Origin: Armatimonadota bacterium
GTDB taxonomy: Bacteria; Armatimonadota; HRBIN16
Direction of reading: 5' to 3'
Assembly: GCA_963677485.1 (NCBI GenBank)
Contig: OY781964.1
Location: 992,001-1,056,000, forward strand
Length of the DNA stretch: 64,000 bases
Shown here: positions 9,851 to 20,191 of the stretch, piece after piece
How the letters are laid out: the number at the start of each line of letters is the position of its first letter
How positions within the stretch are numbered: position 1 is the first letter of the stretch
Notes under the pieces: model-generated
The model's database searches: none
Seen by the model: the letters and a program-made list of their open reading frames with translations, nothing else
Told to the model about the DNA's origin: nothing
Program-made: the position numbers and the translations under genes

Positions 9851-12037
9851 ATGATGATCAGCTTGACTTTGGTATTCATATTACTGCTGCTAATCGGAAC
9901 CAACCTGGCATACTGTCACCCTACGGCTGTACCTGAGCTCATCCGGCGTCCGTTTCTAGACAAGCTTGGGGAACCGCCTGCTGGCACCCCTCCGCTGGAG
10001 ATGGGACAGGCCTATGTGATGTTCGATCTATATACCGCCATGGTCGCCAACGCGCCAACCCCTGCTCAGGATGACATTCAGGCGGCGGCGTTTCTCCTCT
10101 TCAAATACACCCAGAAGTGGCCGGATGCGATCAGCGGCGTACGGGCCAGTTACATGGTGCAGAAGCTGAATGAACACCTGCTGCAGGAGTATCTTCATCT
10201 GCATGTGATCTGGACAGACCAGGGGCCACAATGGCAAGATGGACACCTGCATGCACTGGCCCTCAGCAAGGGGTTGACCAGGCATATCATGCTGGTAGTG
10301 GAAAACCGAAGCCGCGACAGCATTCAGATACAGCCTAAACTGGCGGGTGTGGCACCCATCAACGTTGCAGACGGCTGGTCAGCACAAAATGGCGGGCAGT
10401 TTCGGTTCTTGCTGCCTGTGACCGCCACGGAGCTATCTGCGAAGAAGCTGCCGCTTGAGTTGAACAAGCTCAACGATGCTAAAGCGGAGCACATGCTTGA
10501 TGTGCCCGTGCAGGTCACGGAGCCGGCCATATTGAAAGGCATCACCATCGAATCGCGCAGCCGCAAGCCGTTCCCCGCACGGGTATATGCGCTGGGCAGC
10601 GACGCGGTGTTCCGGGCAGGCGAGGCTTACAAAGATGTCGACACCGTCAGCGAAAAGCAGCAGCTCGAATACATGATGAATTTCTGGAAAACCTACCGGC
10701 TGCCCTTCTTCTACGCCGATGGCCATTTCGAGGTGCTGCTTCCCGCCGGGGAGGCGGTCATCACCATGGAGCGCGGCTTCGAGAGCATGCCGGTCAGCCG
10801 AAAGATCACACTAAAGCCAGGGGAGGTACACGAAATCACTCTGGCGGGTGATGAGCTGATCGACCTCAAGAAAATGGGCTGGTATGGCGGTGACACCCAT
10901 GTTCACTGGGCCAAGAACTACTGGAGCGAGAACGAGGACATGGAGCTGTTGAAGCTGGTGCAGCGTGCCGAGAGCTTGAGGGTTGTGAACAACCTGACGC
11001 TATACCAATACCGCACAGAAAAAGACGGTGGACCTTTCACGAAACCTGACCAGCACCCGATCGGGCCGGTGCCGGGATGCGCCTCTGGCGACTTCATCAC
11101 ATGGATGGCGGAGGAGTATCGCAACGACAGCCAGTATGGCCATGTGAATATGTTGAACGTCAAGAAGCTGATCCTGCCAATCGCCACAGGGAAGGGATCT
11201 GGAGGTCCTGAGGGTACCCCTGACTGGCCGTTGAACAAGTCCGTGCTCGAAGAATGCCATCGGCAGGGGGGGATCAACATCGATGCGCATGGTCTGGGGC
11301 CTATGGGCTTTAACGACATCCCTGCCAATGTGATCATGGGGCTAACCGATGCGCTTGACCAGATCGAGCCGGAGGACTACTACCACTTCTTGAACAGCGG
11401 AATACGGATCGGGCTGGGCAATGGAAGCGACCACCCCGCGCGGGTAGCAGGCTCACTGCGCTGTTACGTGAAGGTGGATGGCCGACTCAGCTACCAGAAG
11501 TGGGTCGATAGCTTGAAAGCAGGCCGAAGCTTTGCCACCTCCGGGCCGCTGTTGTTCCTGACCGTGAACGGCAAAGAGCCAGGACAGGTGCTCGACGTCA
11601 AGCCAGGGCAGAAGCTGAACCTCACCGCCAGGGCCATCTCGCGGTTCCGCGTAGGCTCACTGCAGATCATCCGCAACGGCCGCGTGCTGGCGGAGAAGGC
11701 GATCAAAACCAACCGCGGAGAGTTGTCGCTGGTGGTGCCTGTGGAGGGCAGTGCCTGGTTCGCAGCCCGCTGCAGTGACACTCCGGGAACATGGTTCATG
11801 CTGAACAGTTACAACATCGCTCACACTAGCGCGGTCTATACACCAGTTGATAAGGAGCCCGTGCTTCAAGTGCAAGCGATTGAGCACTGGATCGAGTATC
11901 TCAATCTGCACATTGAGCGGATCCGTTCGCAGGCTGTCTATAAGGAGGCCTGGCAGCGTGAAGAACAGGTCGCCTATCTAAAGCAGGCCCTTCGCCGTTA
12001 CGAAGAACTTATACCATTGGCGCAGAAGTCCAAATAG
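9851..12037 (+). CDS. CehA/McbA-family (PHP-like) metallohydrolase, secreted
   Basis: GWYGGDTHVH, EEYR...GH, GSDH and GRSFATSGP motifs. Signal peptide present, with GGAGG before the ATG at 9851. Confidence 0.82.
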   Translation: MMISLTLVFILLLLIGTNLAYCHPTAVPELIRRPFLDKLGEPPAGTPPLEMGQAYVMFDLYTAMVANAPTPAQDDIQAAAFLLFKYTQKWPDAISGVRASYMVQKLNEHLLQEYLHLHVIWTDQGPQWQDGHLHALALSKGLTRHIMLVVENRSRDSIQIQPKLAGVAPINVADGWSAQNGGQFRFLLPVTATELSAKKLPLELNKLNDAKAEHMLDVPVQVTEPAILKGITIESRSRKPFPARVYALGSDAVFRAGEAYKDVDTVSEKQQLEYMMNFWKTYRLPFFYADGHFEVLLPAGEAVITMERGFESMPVSRKITLKPGEVHEITLAGDELIDLKKMGWYGGDTHVHWAKNYWSENEDMELLKLVQRAESLRVVNNLTLYQYRTEKDGGPFTKPDQHPIGPVPGCASGDFITWMAEEYRNDSQYGHVNMLNVKKLILPIATGKGSGGPEGTPDWPLNKSVLEECHRQGGINIDAHGLGPMGFNDIPANVIMGLTDALDQIEPEDYYHFLNSGIRIGLGNGSDHPARVAGSLRCYVKVDGRLSYQKWVDSLKAGRSFATSGPLLFLTVNGKEPGQVLDVKPGQKLNLTARAISRFRVGSLQIIRNGRVLAEKAIKTNRGELSLVVPVEGSAWFAARCSDTPGTWFMLNSYNIAHTSAVYTPVDKEPVLQVQAIEHWIEYLNLHIERIRSQAVYKEAWQREEQVAYLKQALRRYEELIPLAQKSK

Positions 12038-12048
12038 AGGATGACATA

Positions 12049-13416
12049 ATGGAACCAAACATCAATCGAAGAGGATTCTTGAAGGTAGCCGCGGCCACTG
12101 CCGTGACGGCAACACTTGTTAAGGAGGCACAACCTGTGCAGGCAGCATCCAAAAAGGTGACGAAAACCACAGACCCTAAACGGCTTCAGACCATTTTGAT
12201 GGACTACCTGGCCGATATCGAGATCATCGACTCCCATGAGCATCTGGCCACAGAGGGGGCCAGGATCGGCATGCCCGTGGATGCACTGACCCTGGTGGGC
12301 ATGTATAACTACGTCGATATCCAAAACAGCGGGATGCCGCATATCGATGGCGAGGGGCTGTGGTCACGCAACTACATGGTGGATTTCAGCCTGCCGTTGA
12401 AGGAGCGATGGGAGCGCGTCTGGCCGTATCTGCAGAATGTGAAGCATGGCAGCTATTACCGTGCAGCCAAGATCGCCATGAAGCATTTCTATGGCATTGA
12501 CGACCTCAACCCTAAAACCTACATGGAACTGACCGAGCGGATGCGTGCCAACAACACGAAGGGGCTGTACAAGCGGGTGATGCGAGATGCCTGCCATATC
12601 CGCACCAGCCTGGTTCAAAACGGGCAGGTCCGTCCACAAGACCCCGACGATCTGCTCACCCCCGTACTGAGTGATACGATCAACGCAGCCGGTATGTACA
12701 ACATGGAATATGCCAAGATATTGTCGCAGATACACAACATGCCGGTCGGCACGCTGGATGATTTCCTGGCGGTCTTGGCAGTTCATATGGCAGCCAAAGC
12801 AAAGGAGGGTGCTGTTGGCTTTAAGCTGGGCACATCTCCTATGGTCAACCCGGACTGGCGGAAGGCGGGAGAGCAATACCTTGAGGTCGCGAAGGGCGGC
12901 AGGCCAGGCATTGAGTTGCAAAGCTCGTTGTGGGATTTCATCTGCAAACAAGCCGCGAAGCTGGACAAGCCTTTAGCTGTGCATACCGGTGTATGGGGCG
13001 ATTACCGCACCGTAGATCCGAAGCTGATCATGGATGCGGTGATGCGCAACCCGGAGACACGGTTTGACGTGTATCATCTGGGATTTCCATATACCCGCGA
13101 CTTCATCTTTTTGATCAAGAATAACCCCAACGCGTATGCCGATCTTTGCTGGAGCTGGATCGTCAGCCCCACCATCACACGTGAAGCGGTGAACGAGCTT
13201 CTAGACCTGGTAGCTGTGAACAAAGTAACCGCCTTCGGTGCCGACTACAGCTTCAATGTGGAATGCGTCTATGGTCACCTGCAGATGGCCAAAGAGGGGT
13301 TAGCCGAGGGATTTGCCCAGCGGATAGCGCGCGGATGGATGGACATCGAAGAGGCACAACGGGTGCTCAAGATGTGGCTGTTCGATAACCCGACCAAGCT
13401 GTATCAGCTTTCCTAA
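12049..13416 (+). CDS. Amidohydrolase-superfamily protein (uronate isomerase-like) with Tat signal
   Basis: Twin-arginine NRRGFLK, and metal-site motifs IIDSHEH, VHTG, YH and FGAD. Confidence 0.8.
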   Translation: MEPNINRRGFLKVAAATAVTATLVKEAQPVQAASKKVTKTTDPKRLQTILMDYLADIEIIDSHEHLATEGARIGMPVDALTLVGMYNYVDIQNSGMPHIDGEGLWSRNYMVDFSLPLKERWERVWPYLQNVKHGSYYRAAKIAMKHFYGIDDLNPKTYMELTERMRANNTKGLYKRVMRDACHIRTSLVQNGQVRPQDPDDLLTPVLSDTINAAGMYNMEYAKILSQIHNMPVGTLDDFLAVLAVHMAAKAKEGAVGFKLGTSPMVNPDWRKAGEQYLEVAKGGRPGIELQSSLWDFICKQAAKLDKPLAVHTGVWGDYRTVDPKLIMDAVMRNPETRFDVYHLGFPYTRDFIFLIKNNPNAYADLCWSWIVSPTITREAVNELLDLVAVNKVTAFGADYSFNVECVYGHLQMAKEGLAEGFAQRIARGWMDIEEAQRVLKMWLFDNPTKLYQLS

Positions 13417-13437
13417 TAATGGATATCGGCATCCCTA

Positions 13438-13463
13438 GTAGGGCGACCACCGGTCGCCCCTAC
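13438..13463. repeat. GTAG-type REP palindrome between convergent genes
   Basis: GTAGGGCGACCACCGGTCGCCCCTAC. Confidence 0.75.
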
Positions 13464-13474
13464 AACGTTTCTTC

Positions 13475-14557
13475 TCACCCCAAGCAGAGCTTGCGCATCT
13501 GAGCGGCGGCGTAGGCCATGTTCTCCAGCGAGACATCCGGCGGGATGAGGTGGTCAAACCCGGGCACGTAGCGACCGAGCTCCATCGTGCGGGCGGCTTT
13601 CTCGATCTCACGGTCGATAGCCGACTTGTCTTTCGCCAGCGCACGCTTGTCTAACCCGCCCAGCAGACCCATCTCCGGATGCTGCTTGCGGATCTCGTAG
13701 ATGTCATTCCCCGCCTGCACTTCAAACGGGAACATCATGTTCACACCGTGCTTCTCGAAGACGGTCAGCAGCTCGCTGCAGTCGCCGTCGGTGTCCACAT
13801 CCATGATCCGCACATGGTGCGCATCGGCGAACTCTTTAATGCGGTCGTAGCAAGGCATCATGAACTTCTCTACCATGCGGGGGCTGATCAGCGAGCCCTG
13901 CCGTCCGCTCATGTCTTCCCAGATATGGATGACGTCTATCTGCATATGCTTCGCCGCCTCGCCCCACAGGAACAGCCACATGCTGGTGAGGTGCTCCATC
14001 ATATCCTGCACCATCTCCGGCTCATCGTAAAAAGCGATCAGCAGATTCTCCACGCCCATTAAGTCGCGCGGCGAACCGAACACCCCCCAAGGGAAGTCGC
14101 CCACCTGGAGCGCATCGCCGGTCTGCTCGAAGCTGGCCTTGACCTCATCCCAGTTGACAATGATGCGCTTCATATCGCCAATCTGCAGGCGCTCCTCTTT
14201 AAGCTTCGCCCAGTCCTCCGGTGTCTTCACGGGATAGTCCAGATACTCGGGGATGCTGCCGCCGTCTTTTCGTCCACGCTGAGTCACGCCGCGCGCATCG
14301 CGCCAGACGATGCGGTTCTCTGTCTCTTCCAGCACCTCTGTCGGAAACTCAGGGTAGATGCCGTATATAAAAGGAATAGACCGGCAGCTCGCTTCGTACT
14401 GAAAGGCCTCAACATAGTTGAAATTGGGGTCTCCGCTCTCTTGACGCCAGCGTTCGTGGGTCTCACCCCACGGGTGCCAGCCAATCCCGGCTCCGAACGG
14501 AACGTGGTCTATCGGCTTTCCAAGAAGGCAATTTACAAACCGCTCGCCGGGCTTCAT
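13475..14557 (-). CDS. Uroporphyrinogen decarboxylase (URO-D/CIMS)-superfamily protein, probably not true HemE
   Basis: R.LMG.EN, IWEDM, LISP, DTDG, GGLDK and DH.IPPDV motifs. Start moved to MKPGERF. Confidence 0.85.
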   Translation of the reverse strand: MKPGERFVNCLLGKPIDHVPFGAGIGWHPWGETHERWRQESGDPNFNYVEAFQYEASCRSIPFIYGIYPEFPTEVLEETENRIVWRDARGVTQRGRKDGGSIPEYLDYPVKTPEDWAKLKEERLQIGDMKRIIVNWDEVKASFEQTGDALQVGDFPWGVFGSPRDLMGVENLLIAFYDEPEMVQDMMEHLTSMWLFLWGEAAKHMQIDVIHIWEDMSGRQGSLISPRMVEKFMMPCYDRIKEFADAHHVRIMDVDTDGDCSELLTVFEKHGVNMMFPFEVQAGNDIYEIRKQHPEMGLLGGLDKRALAKDKSAIDREIEKAARTMELGRYVPGFDHLIPPDVSLENMAYAAAQMRKLCLG

Positions 14558-14653
14558 GGTATTCAAAGTTGGTCGCTCCTGTGATATCAAAACTCGACTG
14601 ATGTATTTGCGGGGAACGGGTCGCACCCCCGTCCCCCACAAATGATGGCCATT

Positions 14654-15709
14654 TTACTGACCGTATTTTAGACGGATATACTCTCGGCAGTTGACCATAT
14701 CCTTCAATGCTTCTTCAGCCGTGGTTAAAGGAGCGATCTCACCGCGTACGGCTCGGCAGAAGTTGATGGCCTGCTGTCGCATGGCACTGACCATGGGCAT
14801 CACGGGGCTGACAAACTCCGGGGTAACCCCGTTGCCTGGATCGCGGAAGATTTCCACGGTGCCAGCGCGGTTGATGGTGACAGGAGCAGGCAGCTTCACA
14901 CGCACATATCCGTGCTCGAAGCAGACCAGGTTCTCTTCTTGCCAGTCGATGGTCGTCTGGTAGGGGGTCATCTCGATGGTTCCGCACACGCCGTTGTCGC
15001 CTTGAACGGCTAATAGCACGCCAGTGGGGTCGGCATAGGTCACGTGGTAATCAGAGCCGATCAGGTGGCGCATCATGTTGATCTGGTGGACGTAGTAGTT
15101 CACGAACTCCCAGTATCGGGTGAAGGTGTCTTTGTCCATCTCGGTGTCGCTGGGATCACTATCCAACGCAGGCCAGGGGTCGTTGCCGTTCACCATATCG
15201 AAGAAGCCGTTGGCAACCCAGTCGCCAGCGGGCATCAACAGGCGAACATACTTGCGGGCACCCAGCTCGCCAGTGCTGACCAGCCGGTCGATTTCGGCCT
15301 TGCCGGCCATCGTGGCGGGGTCGCTGCGCTTGTGGTAACCCACCATGTGCCAGCTCTTGCTGCCAGCCAGGGTTTTCAGAAGCTGCTCACCGACGGCCAC
15401 ATTACCGGCCAAAGGCTTTTCGGTGAACACGGGCAGACCCGCCGCATACAACTCGGTCAGAACCACACCGTGCCGAGTGAACTGCTGGGATGCAACCAGC
15501 GCATCCAGCTCTTCATTAGCCAGCATTTCGGCGGTGTTGGTGTAGACCTTCTTGACGCCGTATTTGGTGGCCACTAACTGACCGTGGTTAGCGCGAACTT
15601 CGGAAATTGCCACCACTTCGCAGTAGTCGGGAAGGGTTGCGTAGTTGCGCAGATGAGAGCACTGGCCCATTCCACCAACGCCTACGAAACCAACTCTTAC
15701 TTTATCCAT
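14654..15709 (-). CDS. Gfo/Idh/MocA-family oxidoreductase
   Basis: Rossmann motif GFVGVGGMG, EKP motif and VGYHKR. Confidence 0.92.
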   Translation of the reverse strand: MDKVRVGFVGVGGMGQCSHLRNYATLPDYCEVVAISEVRANHGQLVATKYGVKKVYTNTAEMLANEELDALVASQQFTRHGVVLTELYAAGLPVFTEKPLAGNVAVGEQLLKTLAGSKSWHMVGYHKRSDPATMAGKAEIDRLVSTGELGARKYVRLLMPAGDWVANGFFDMVNGNDPWPALDSDPSDTEMDKDTFTRYWEFVNYYVHQINMMRHLIGSDYHVTYADPTGVLLAVQGDNGVCGTIEMTPYQTTIDWQEENLVCFEHGYVRVKLPAPVTINRAGTVEIFRDPGNGVTPEFVSPVMPMVSAMRQQAINFCRAVRGEIAPLTTAEEALKDMVNCREYIRLKYGQ

Positions 15710-15716
15710 ATCGAAA

Positions 15717-16832
15717 CTAGCCTCCTATGTTTTCCGGACCAAGGTTTCGGAAGAGGTAAAGACCCTCTTTACCAGGGGCGATGATGTCCAGCAGACCGTC
15801 GCCGCTGCCGTCGATGTCGCACACCTGGAAGAAGATGCCTGTGCCGCTGTGGTTGGGGACTGGTCCGAAATCCACCACCTGCTTAGCGAACCCTTCGCCG
15901 TGCCACTTGAAGATATACACGCCCACGATATCGTCTTCGCCCGGCTCGTGACCGCAGTGTGCGCGGTGACGGCATCCTGAGACGATCTCCATCTCACCAT
16001 CGCCATCGACATCAGCCCAGATCATGTCGTGATACTGGCTGAAGAAGGGGTCGATCTGGTGTGGTGTCCAGACGCGCTTGCCGTAAGGGTCGGTGAAGCT
16101 AGTGTAGTAGCGCAGACCGTAGTTGTGGCCCTGGCCTACGACTATCTCGTTCTTGCCATCGCCGTTCACATCCACGATCAGCATGGGCACGCTGAGCATC
16201 ACGCCCAGGTCAAACTCAGGCACGAATTCCCATGGGTCGTTGAGCGGGCAGCCAGTCGGCTTGTAGTAGCCGTTCTGCAGAACCAGGCAGCCCACACCGT
16301 CGTTGTTCAGGTCGCCAAATCCAAGACCGTGGCCCTGGGGAGTTTCGCTGATGACGATCTTGCGGAAGCTGCCCGAAGGCTTGCCATCGGCATCGCGCTC
16401 CAGCTTATAGGCGCACAGGGGGTGGCCAGGGCAGTTGGGCACGATCTCCAACTCGCCGTCGCCATCGATGTCCCAGGCGCGGGTGGTTTCGATGTTGCCG
16501 GTGACGGCGATTTCGTGGGTGATCCACTCTTTGTTGGGGTCGCCCATGGGGTTCTCGCGCCACACCAGTTTGCCGCCCCACCATCCGCCGGTGATGACAT
16601 CAAGGTATCCATTACCATTCACGTCCATGGCGATGGTGCTAAAGTCGTCGTAATATTCACCCTCGGCCAGAACGTCACAAACCTTGTGCTTGCTCCAGTC
16701 CGGGGCTTGATACCAGTATCCGCCGCAGAGGATATCCAGCTTGCCGTCGTTGTTCACATCGAACACACCGGCGCTTTCAAAAGCCTCATCGGAAATCTTG
16801 ATTTTCTGCCATTGCAGGCGTCGAGTCAGCAT
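15717..16832 (-). CDS. FG-GAP/VCBS-repeat beta-propeller protein, no signal peptide
   Basis: About 7 DxN/DGDG repeats (DVNNDGKLD, DVNGNGYLD, DIDGDGELE, DLNNDG, DVNGDGKNE, DVDGDGEME). Confidence 0.88.
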   Translation of the reverse strand: MLTRRLQWQKIKISDEAFESAGVFDVNNDGKLDILCGGYWYQAPDWSKHKVCDVLAEGEYYDDFSTIAMDVNGNGYLDVITGGWWGGKLVWRENPMGDPNKEWITHEIAVTGNIETTRAWDIDGDGELEIVPNCPGHPLCAYKLERDADGKPSGSFRKIVISETPQGHGLGFGDLNNDGVGCLVLQNGYYKPTGCPLNDPWEFVPEFDLGVMLSVPMLIVDVNGDGKNEIVVGQGHNYGLRYYTSFTDPYGKRVWTPHQIDPFFSQYHDMIWADVDGDGEMEIVSGCRHRAHCGHEPGEDDIVGVYIFKWHGEGFAKQVVDFGPVPNHSGTGIFFQVCDIDGSGDGLLDIIAPGKEGLYLFRNLGPENIGG

Positions 16833-16964
16833 AATAATGCCTCCATAAGGAAATTCAGGTGCATCTCGTGATCAGTATAGCGAGGCCATGATATGGGATG
16901 TATGGAGGGATGAAATTGCGATATGGAGTATCTTGCGCAATTGGCGGGCGGGGGGGTGATGTGA

Positions 16965-17093
16965 GGGCCGGCACAAGGCACGGCCCCTACGGATGGCGAA
17001 ACGAATGCATACACGTAGGGGCCACCCTTGTGGTGGCCTATGCCCCAGTGCCAGTCTTTGCAGGTTAGGGCCGGCACAAGGCACAGCCCCTAC
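16965..17093. repeat. Cluster of three GTAG-type REPs
   Basis: GGGCCGGCACAAGGCAC(G/A)GCCCCTAC occurs twice, flanking GTAGGGGCCACCCTTGTGGTGGCC. Confidence 0.8.
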
Positions 17094-17096
17094 GGA

Positions 17097-18872
17097 TTAC
17101 TGGCTCAGCGCAGGCAGCCAGCCGCTGGAGCCGGAGCCGTCACCTTCGCTGATGTGCGTGATGCCGCAATCCTCGCTGATCTTCTTGATATTCGCCACGA
17201 CCTCGGGCTTTTGCTCGGGAGTCATGTGATACAGATCGGGGTAGCTCACCTGCATCATCCACAGGGGCAGCATCAGCTTGCGCACGTGTTTGTTCACCAC
17301 GGGGTTTTTATCAGCCGCCAGCGCCTTGGTTAGGATAGGCAACCCTTCGGTGACCATCGTGTCGGGCACGGTGCCCTTCGGGTCCCAGGCTCCAAAGCCG
17401 TGGACATCGGGATTCTTGGCGATCTTGTCCATCAACGCCAGGAACTCCAAGACCAGTTTGTCGGCCTTGCCGTAATAGCCCTTGCAGAACTCCTTGCGGA
17501 TGGCCATCGGGTCCTGGCTGGGATCCCACATCAACTGCGCGCTGAGGTACTGGCGCAGCTCCGCGAGCTCACCGCCGGGACCCTGGTAGTTGGCCTGCAC
17601 CATCAGACCATTCACGCCATGACTAGTGTAGTATTTGATGTCCTTCGCTAGGCCGTCCAGGTTCTGACAGGGTGTCAGATAATGGGCGAAGTTGGTGGCG
17701 TAGTGCCAGATGTATACCCGCTTGGTCAGTTTGCTCCACTGGTCGATGTAGCTGGTGAGGTTCGCCCCCAGCCCACACGCCTCGAATCCGTGGAAATAGC
17801 AGCCTGCATGGCACAGCCGGATGATCACATTCGGGCGCGGTTTGGTGATAGACGGTGGCTTGGTGCTGTAGGCGTAGGCCAGGGTTTCGACCCATTTATC
17901 TGGGTATTTCTTCGCCACTTCGTCTGCGACGGCGTTCACAGCCCGCAGAATGGGGCCGTGCTGACTGCCCTCTTCGTTCACGACTGCCATGCACTTATCG
18001 CACTCACAGGCGCCTTCGCCGTCGTTTTGGCTGACGTCAATGATGGGCACATCGGGGTTCTGGACGATCCATTCCATCACCTTGGTCTTTATGATCTCGA
18101 TCACTTCGGGGTTTGTCCAGCAAATCTGTCCATGGATGGTTTGGTCGGTGCGTTTACCTTTGATCAGGCTGAAATACTCCGGGTGCTCCGCGTAGTATTC
18201 CGCCGGCGGAATGATTTTGCTGGCGCTGTGCACATACGGGTGGAAGGCGATCTTTCCGCCAGTGCTCTCATCGCACTTGGTATAGGGGCCGTTTAACCGC
18301 TGCCGGGCCGCCATGATTTTGGGGAAGCTGTCCCAATACAGCGTCTCGCGATACATCATGGGAGGGCTGTAAAGCAGGTGCAGCGGCCTCATGCTCACTC
18401 GGATTTTCTTGGGCACGACCGTGCAGTCGTGTGCCAGGAAGCGGATGCCCAGCACCTTCTCGCAGAACACGTAGACGCTGTAGAGCTGCCCGCGCAGGTT
18501 CTGACCGCTGAGGATGACATCCTGACCGTTGGTCTCGATCAACACGCCGTCTTCGGCCAGCTTCTTGATCTTGGCTGGTCCGTCGATCTGGCTGAACCGC
18601 TTGGTGGGTCCAAGGTAGAAAGCGGGGGTATCGCCGCTGACGGGCTCATTCACCACGGGCAGCTTCACGCCCGTAGACTGCGCGAACAAGCTTTGGAGCT
18701 CGCTGGCGGCGGTCTGTATCGCCGGCGACGGTTTGTTTGGGATGACGATGCGGTAGGTTGAGCTTCCGCTTGAAGCCAGGGTGAGCGACGACTGCGCCAG
18801 CGCGCTGATGGGAGCCGCCACGGCGCCCGCGCAGAGCATCGCCGTCATGGCAGAATGCATGGGATTGAGCAT
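17097..18872 (-). CDS. DUF4838-domain secreted protein (GH67/GH20-like N-terminal domain)
   Basis: Signal peptide, AA.ELQ..., HPEYFSL, Q.CWTNP, SQNDG..CEC.KC and LAYAYS.KPP. Confidence 0.82.
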   Translation of the reverse strand: MLNPMHSAMTAMLCAGAVAAPISALAQSSLTLASSGSSTYRIVIPNKPSPAIQTAASELQSLFAQSTGVKLPVVNEPVSGDTPAFYLGPTKRFSQIDGPAKIKKLAEDGVLIETNGQDVILSGQNLRGQLYSVYVFCEKVLGIRFLAHDCTVVPKKIRVSMRPLHLLYSPPMMYRETLYWDSFPKIMAARQRLNGPYTKCDESTGGKIAFHPYVHSASKIIPPAEYYAEHPEYFSLIKGKRTDQTIHGQICWTNPEVIEIIKTKVMEWIVQNPDVPIIDVSQNDGEGACECDKCMAVVNEEGSQHGPILRAVNAVADEVAKKYPDKWVETLAYAYSTKPPSITKPRPNVIIRLCHAGCYFHGFEACGLGANLTSYIDQWSKLTKRVYIWHYATNFAHYLTPCQNLDGLAKDIKYYTSHGVNGLMVQANYQGPGGELAELRQYLSAQLMWDPSQDPMAIRKEFCKGYYGKADKLVLEFLALMDKIAKNPDVHGFGAWDPKGTVPDTMVTEGLPILTKALAADKNPVVNKHVRKLMLPLWMMQVSYPDLYHMTPEQKPEVVANIKKISEDCGITHISEGDGSGSSGWLPALSQ

Positions 18873-18986
18873 GAGGATTGCACTCCTTAGAGTTTGGAAT
18901 AGTGATTGGTGTTAGTTTCACCAGCGTTTGTAGAAAATCCTGCAAAATGGCTTTGTAGAGGGCATTATGCCGGATATGTTTGTGTC

Positions 18987-19044
18987 ATAATAAGGCTGTC
19001 AACGTGCAATGAAGCACCATACAGATAAGGAGCGTGTGCCATGT
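18987..19044 (+). promoter_or_regulatory. Duplicated promoter/RBS leader, copy 1 (copy 2 at 20138-20195)
   Basis: 56 of 58 nt identical: ATAATAAGGCTGTYAACGTGCAAWGAAGCACCATACAGATAAGGAGCGTGTGCCATGT. It has a -10-like (C/A)ATAAT and an AAGGAG RBS. Confidence 0.7.
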
Positions 19045-19703
19045 ATTACCAGCAAGAATCTACCCCGGAGCGACGAAAGCAAAGCCGCAAGAAACGAAAC
19101 TGTATCATCGAGCTAATCATCGTTTTTGTGATGCTTGGCATTCTGGTAGCTCTGATCCACTCTGCCTTGCAGCAATCAAGTAGTATCGCCAGGTTGTCAA
19201 ACAATGACGAGAATGCCAGGATCATTGGGGGCGCTTTGGCCATGTATAGCGATGATCATGACAGCCATTTGCCACTTTCCGCGAACTGGGCCGTAGCGTT
19301 ACAGCCATCTGTCGATGAGTATATGGAATCCCGGTATCAAGACGAAGTTAAACGGGTCAAGCAGCTCAAACTTGAAGGTGAGGACCCATATACTCCCACA
19401 AGACAGCATTTCGACATAGTGAAGTGGAGTCGCGACCCCTTCGCTATGAACCGAGCTTTGAGCGGCATCAACCTGAAGGCGATCAAGCACGCTGAACAGA
19501 CTGTAGCCTTCTTTGAGACTACCGAGCGTAAACCTAACCCGTCAGGAGACCAGAGAACTCAGTTGTCGCCATATGGTGAACGCAAATGTAATATCTTCGT
19601 GATGGCGGACGGTAGTGTGAAGATATCCGAGCACGCGAAAGATGGCAGCATCCGGCTGGTGGACAGGCATGGCAAGCCGGTGACCATCCGCTGGGAGCCG
19701 TAG
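19041..19703 (+). CDS. Pilin-like (DUF1559/H-X9-DG-like) single-TM protein, array member A1
   Basis: Basic N-terminus, IIELIIV TM, IGGALAMYSDDHD..LP, PFAMN, N..VMADG and VTIRWEP end. Confidence 0.75.
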   Translation: MYYQQESTPERRKQSRKKRNCIIELIIVFVMLGILVALIHSALQQSSSIARLSNNDENARIIGGALAMYSDDHDSHLPLSANWAVALQPSVDEYMESRYQDEVKRVKQLKLEGEDPYTPTRQHFDIVKWSRDPFAMNRALSGINLKAIKHAEQTVAFFETTERKPNPSGDQRTQLSPYGERKCNIFVMADGSVKISEHAKDGSIRLVDRHGKPVTIRWEP

Positions 19704-20020
19704 GTGGTGTTTTTAGCAGCTGCGATGTGAGCGACTGGCCCCGAGTCGACGGGTTCCATCGCCCCAGGGGGCTCCATCACCCGTCGCTGATCAAATAGCT
19801 GTCCGCGTCGCTTCGCTCCTGCGGGCGCTGGCGGAGGGTGCGCTGCGTCCGCTTGCGGGCTGCATTGACTGAACCCGCGGCAGCGTGGTTGGTAGCCTGC
19901 GAAATCAGCCACCAGCCAACGGCGACGGGTTCGGTGGCCCGTCCGTGACTGCGTCCCGGTACGGGCACTGTCACCCATCGCTGATCATTACCGGCCCGCG
20001 TTCCGGCGGGCGGTGGGGAA
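19704..20020 (+). repeat. Modular hairpin repeat mosaic, copy 1
   Basis: GTCGACGGGTTCCATCGCCCCAGGGGGCTCCATCACCCGTCGCTGATCA and the following modules are shared with the copies at 23147, 24245, 25792 and 36373. Confidence 0.9.
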
Positions 20021-20191
20021 GCCATCCGTCAACTGAGTTGACCAGCTTAGTACGTTTGCTTTTCCAGGGGCCAAAGTCCGTAGCAAATCCGCTTTAAATG
20101 GCTGTGAAAGCTACATAATGTCGGGTGTGAATGTGTAATAATAAGGCTGTTAACGTGCAAAGAAGCACCATACAGATAAGGAGCGTGTGCC

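Noticed and set aside
13475-14557. hemE gene symbol
   Set aside because: It lacks the HemE N-terminal W.MRQAGR motif and sits in a sugar-catabolic context, so only the superfamily is called.
19559-20097. Short ORFs over the repeat mosaics (also 23307-23552, 25838-26446, 36267-36558, 2660-3009, 5269-5686)
   Set aside because: These are translations of GC-rich repeat DNA with no RBS or domain motifs. Their similarity to each other comes from the repeat.
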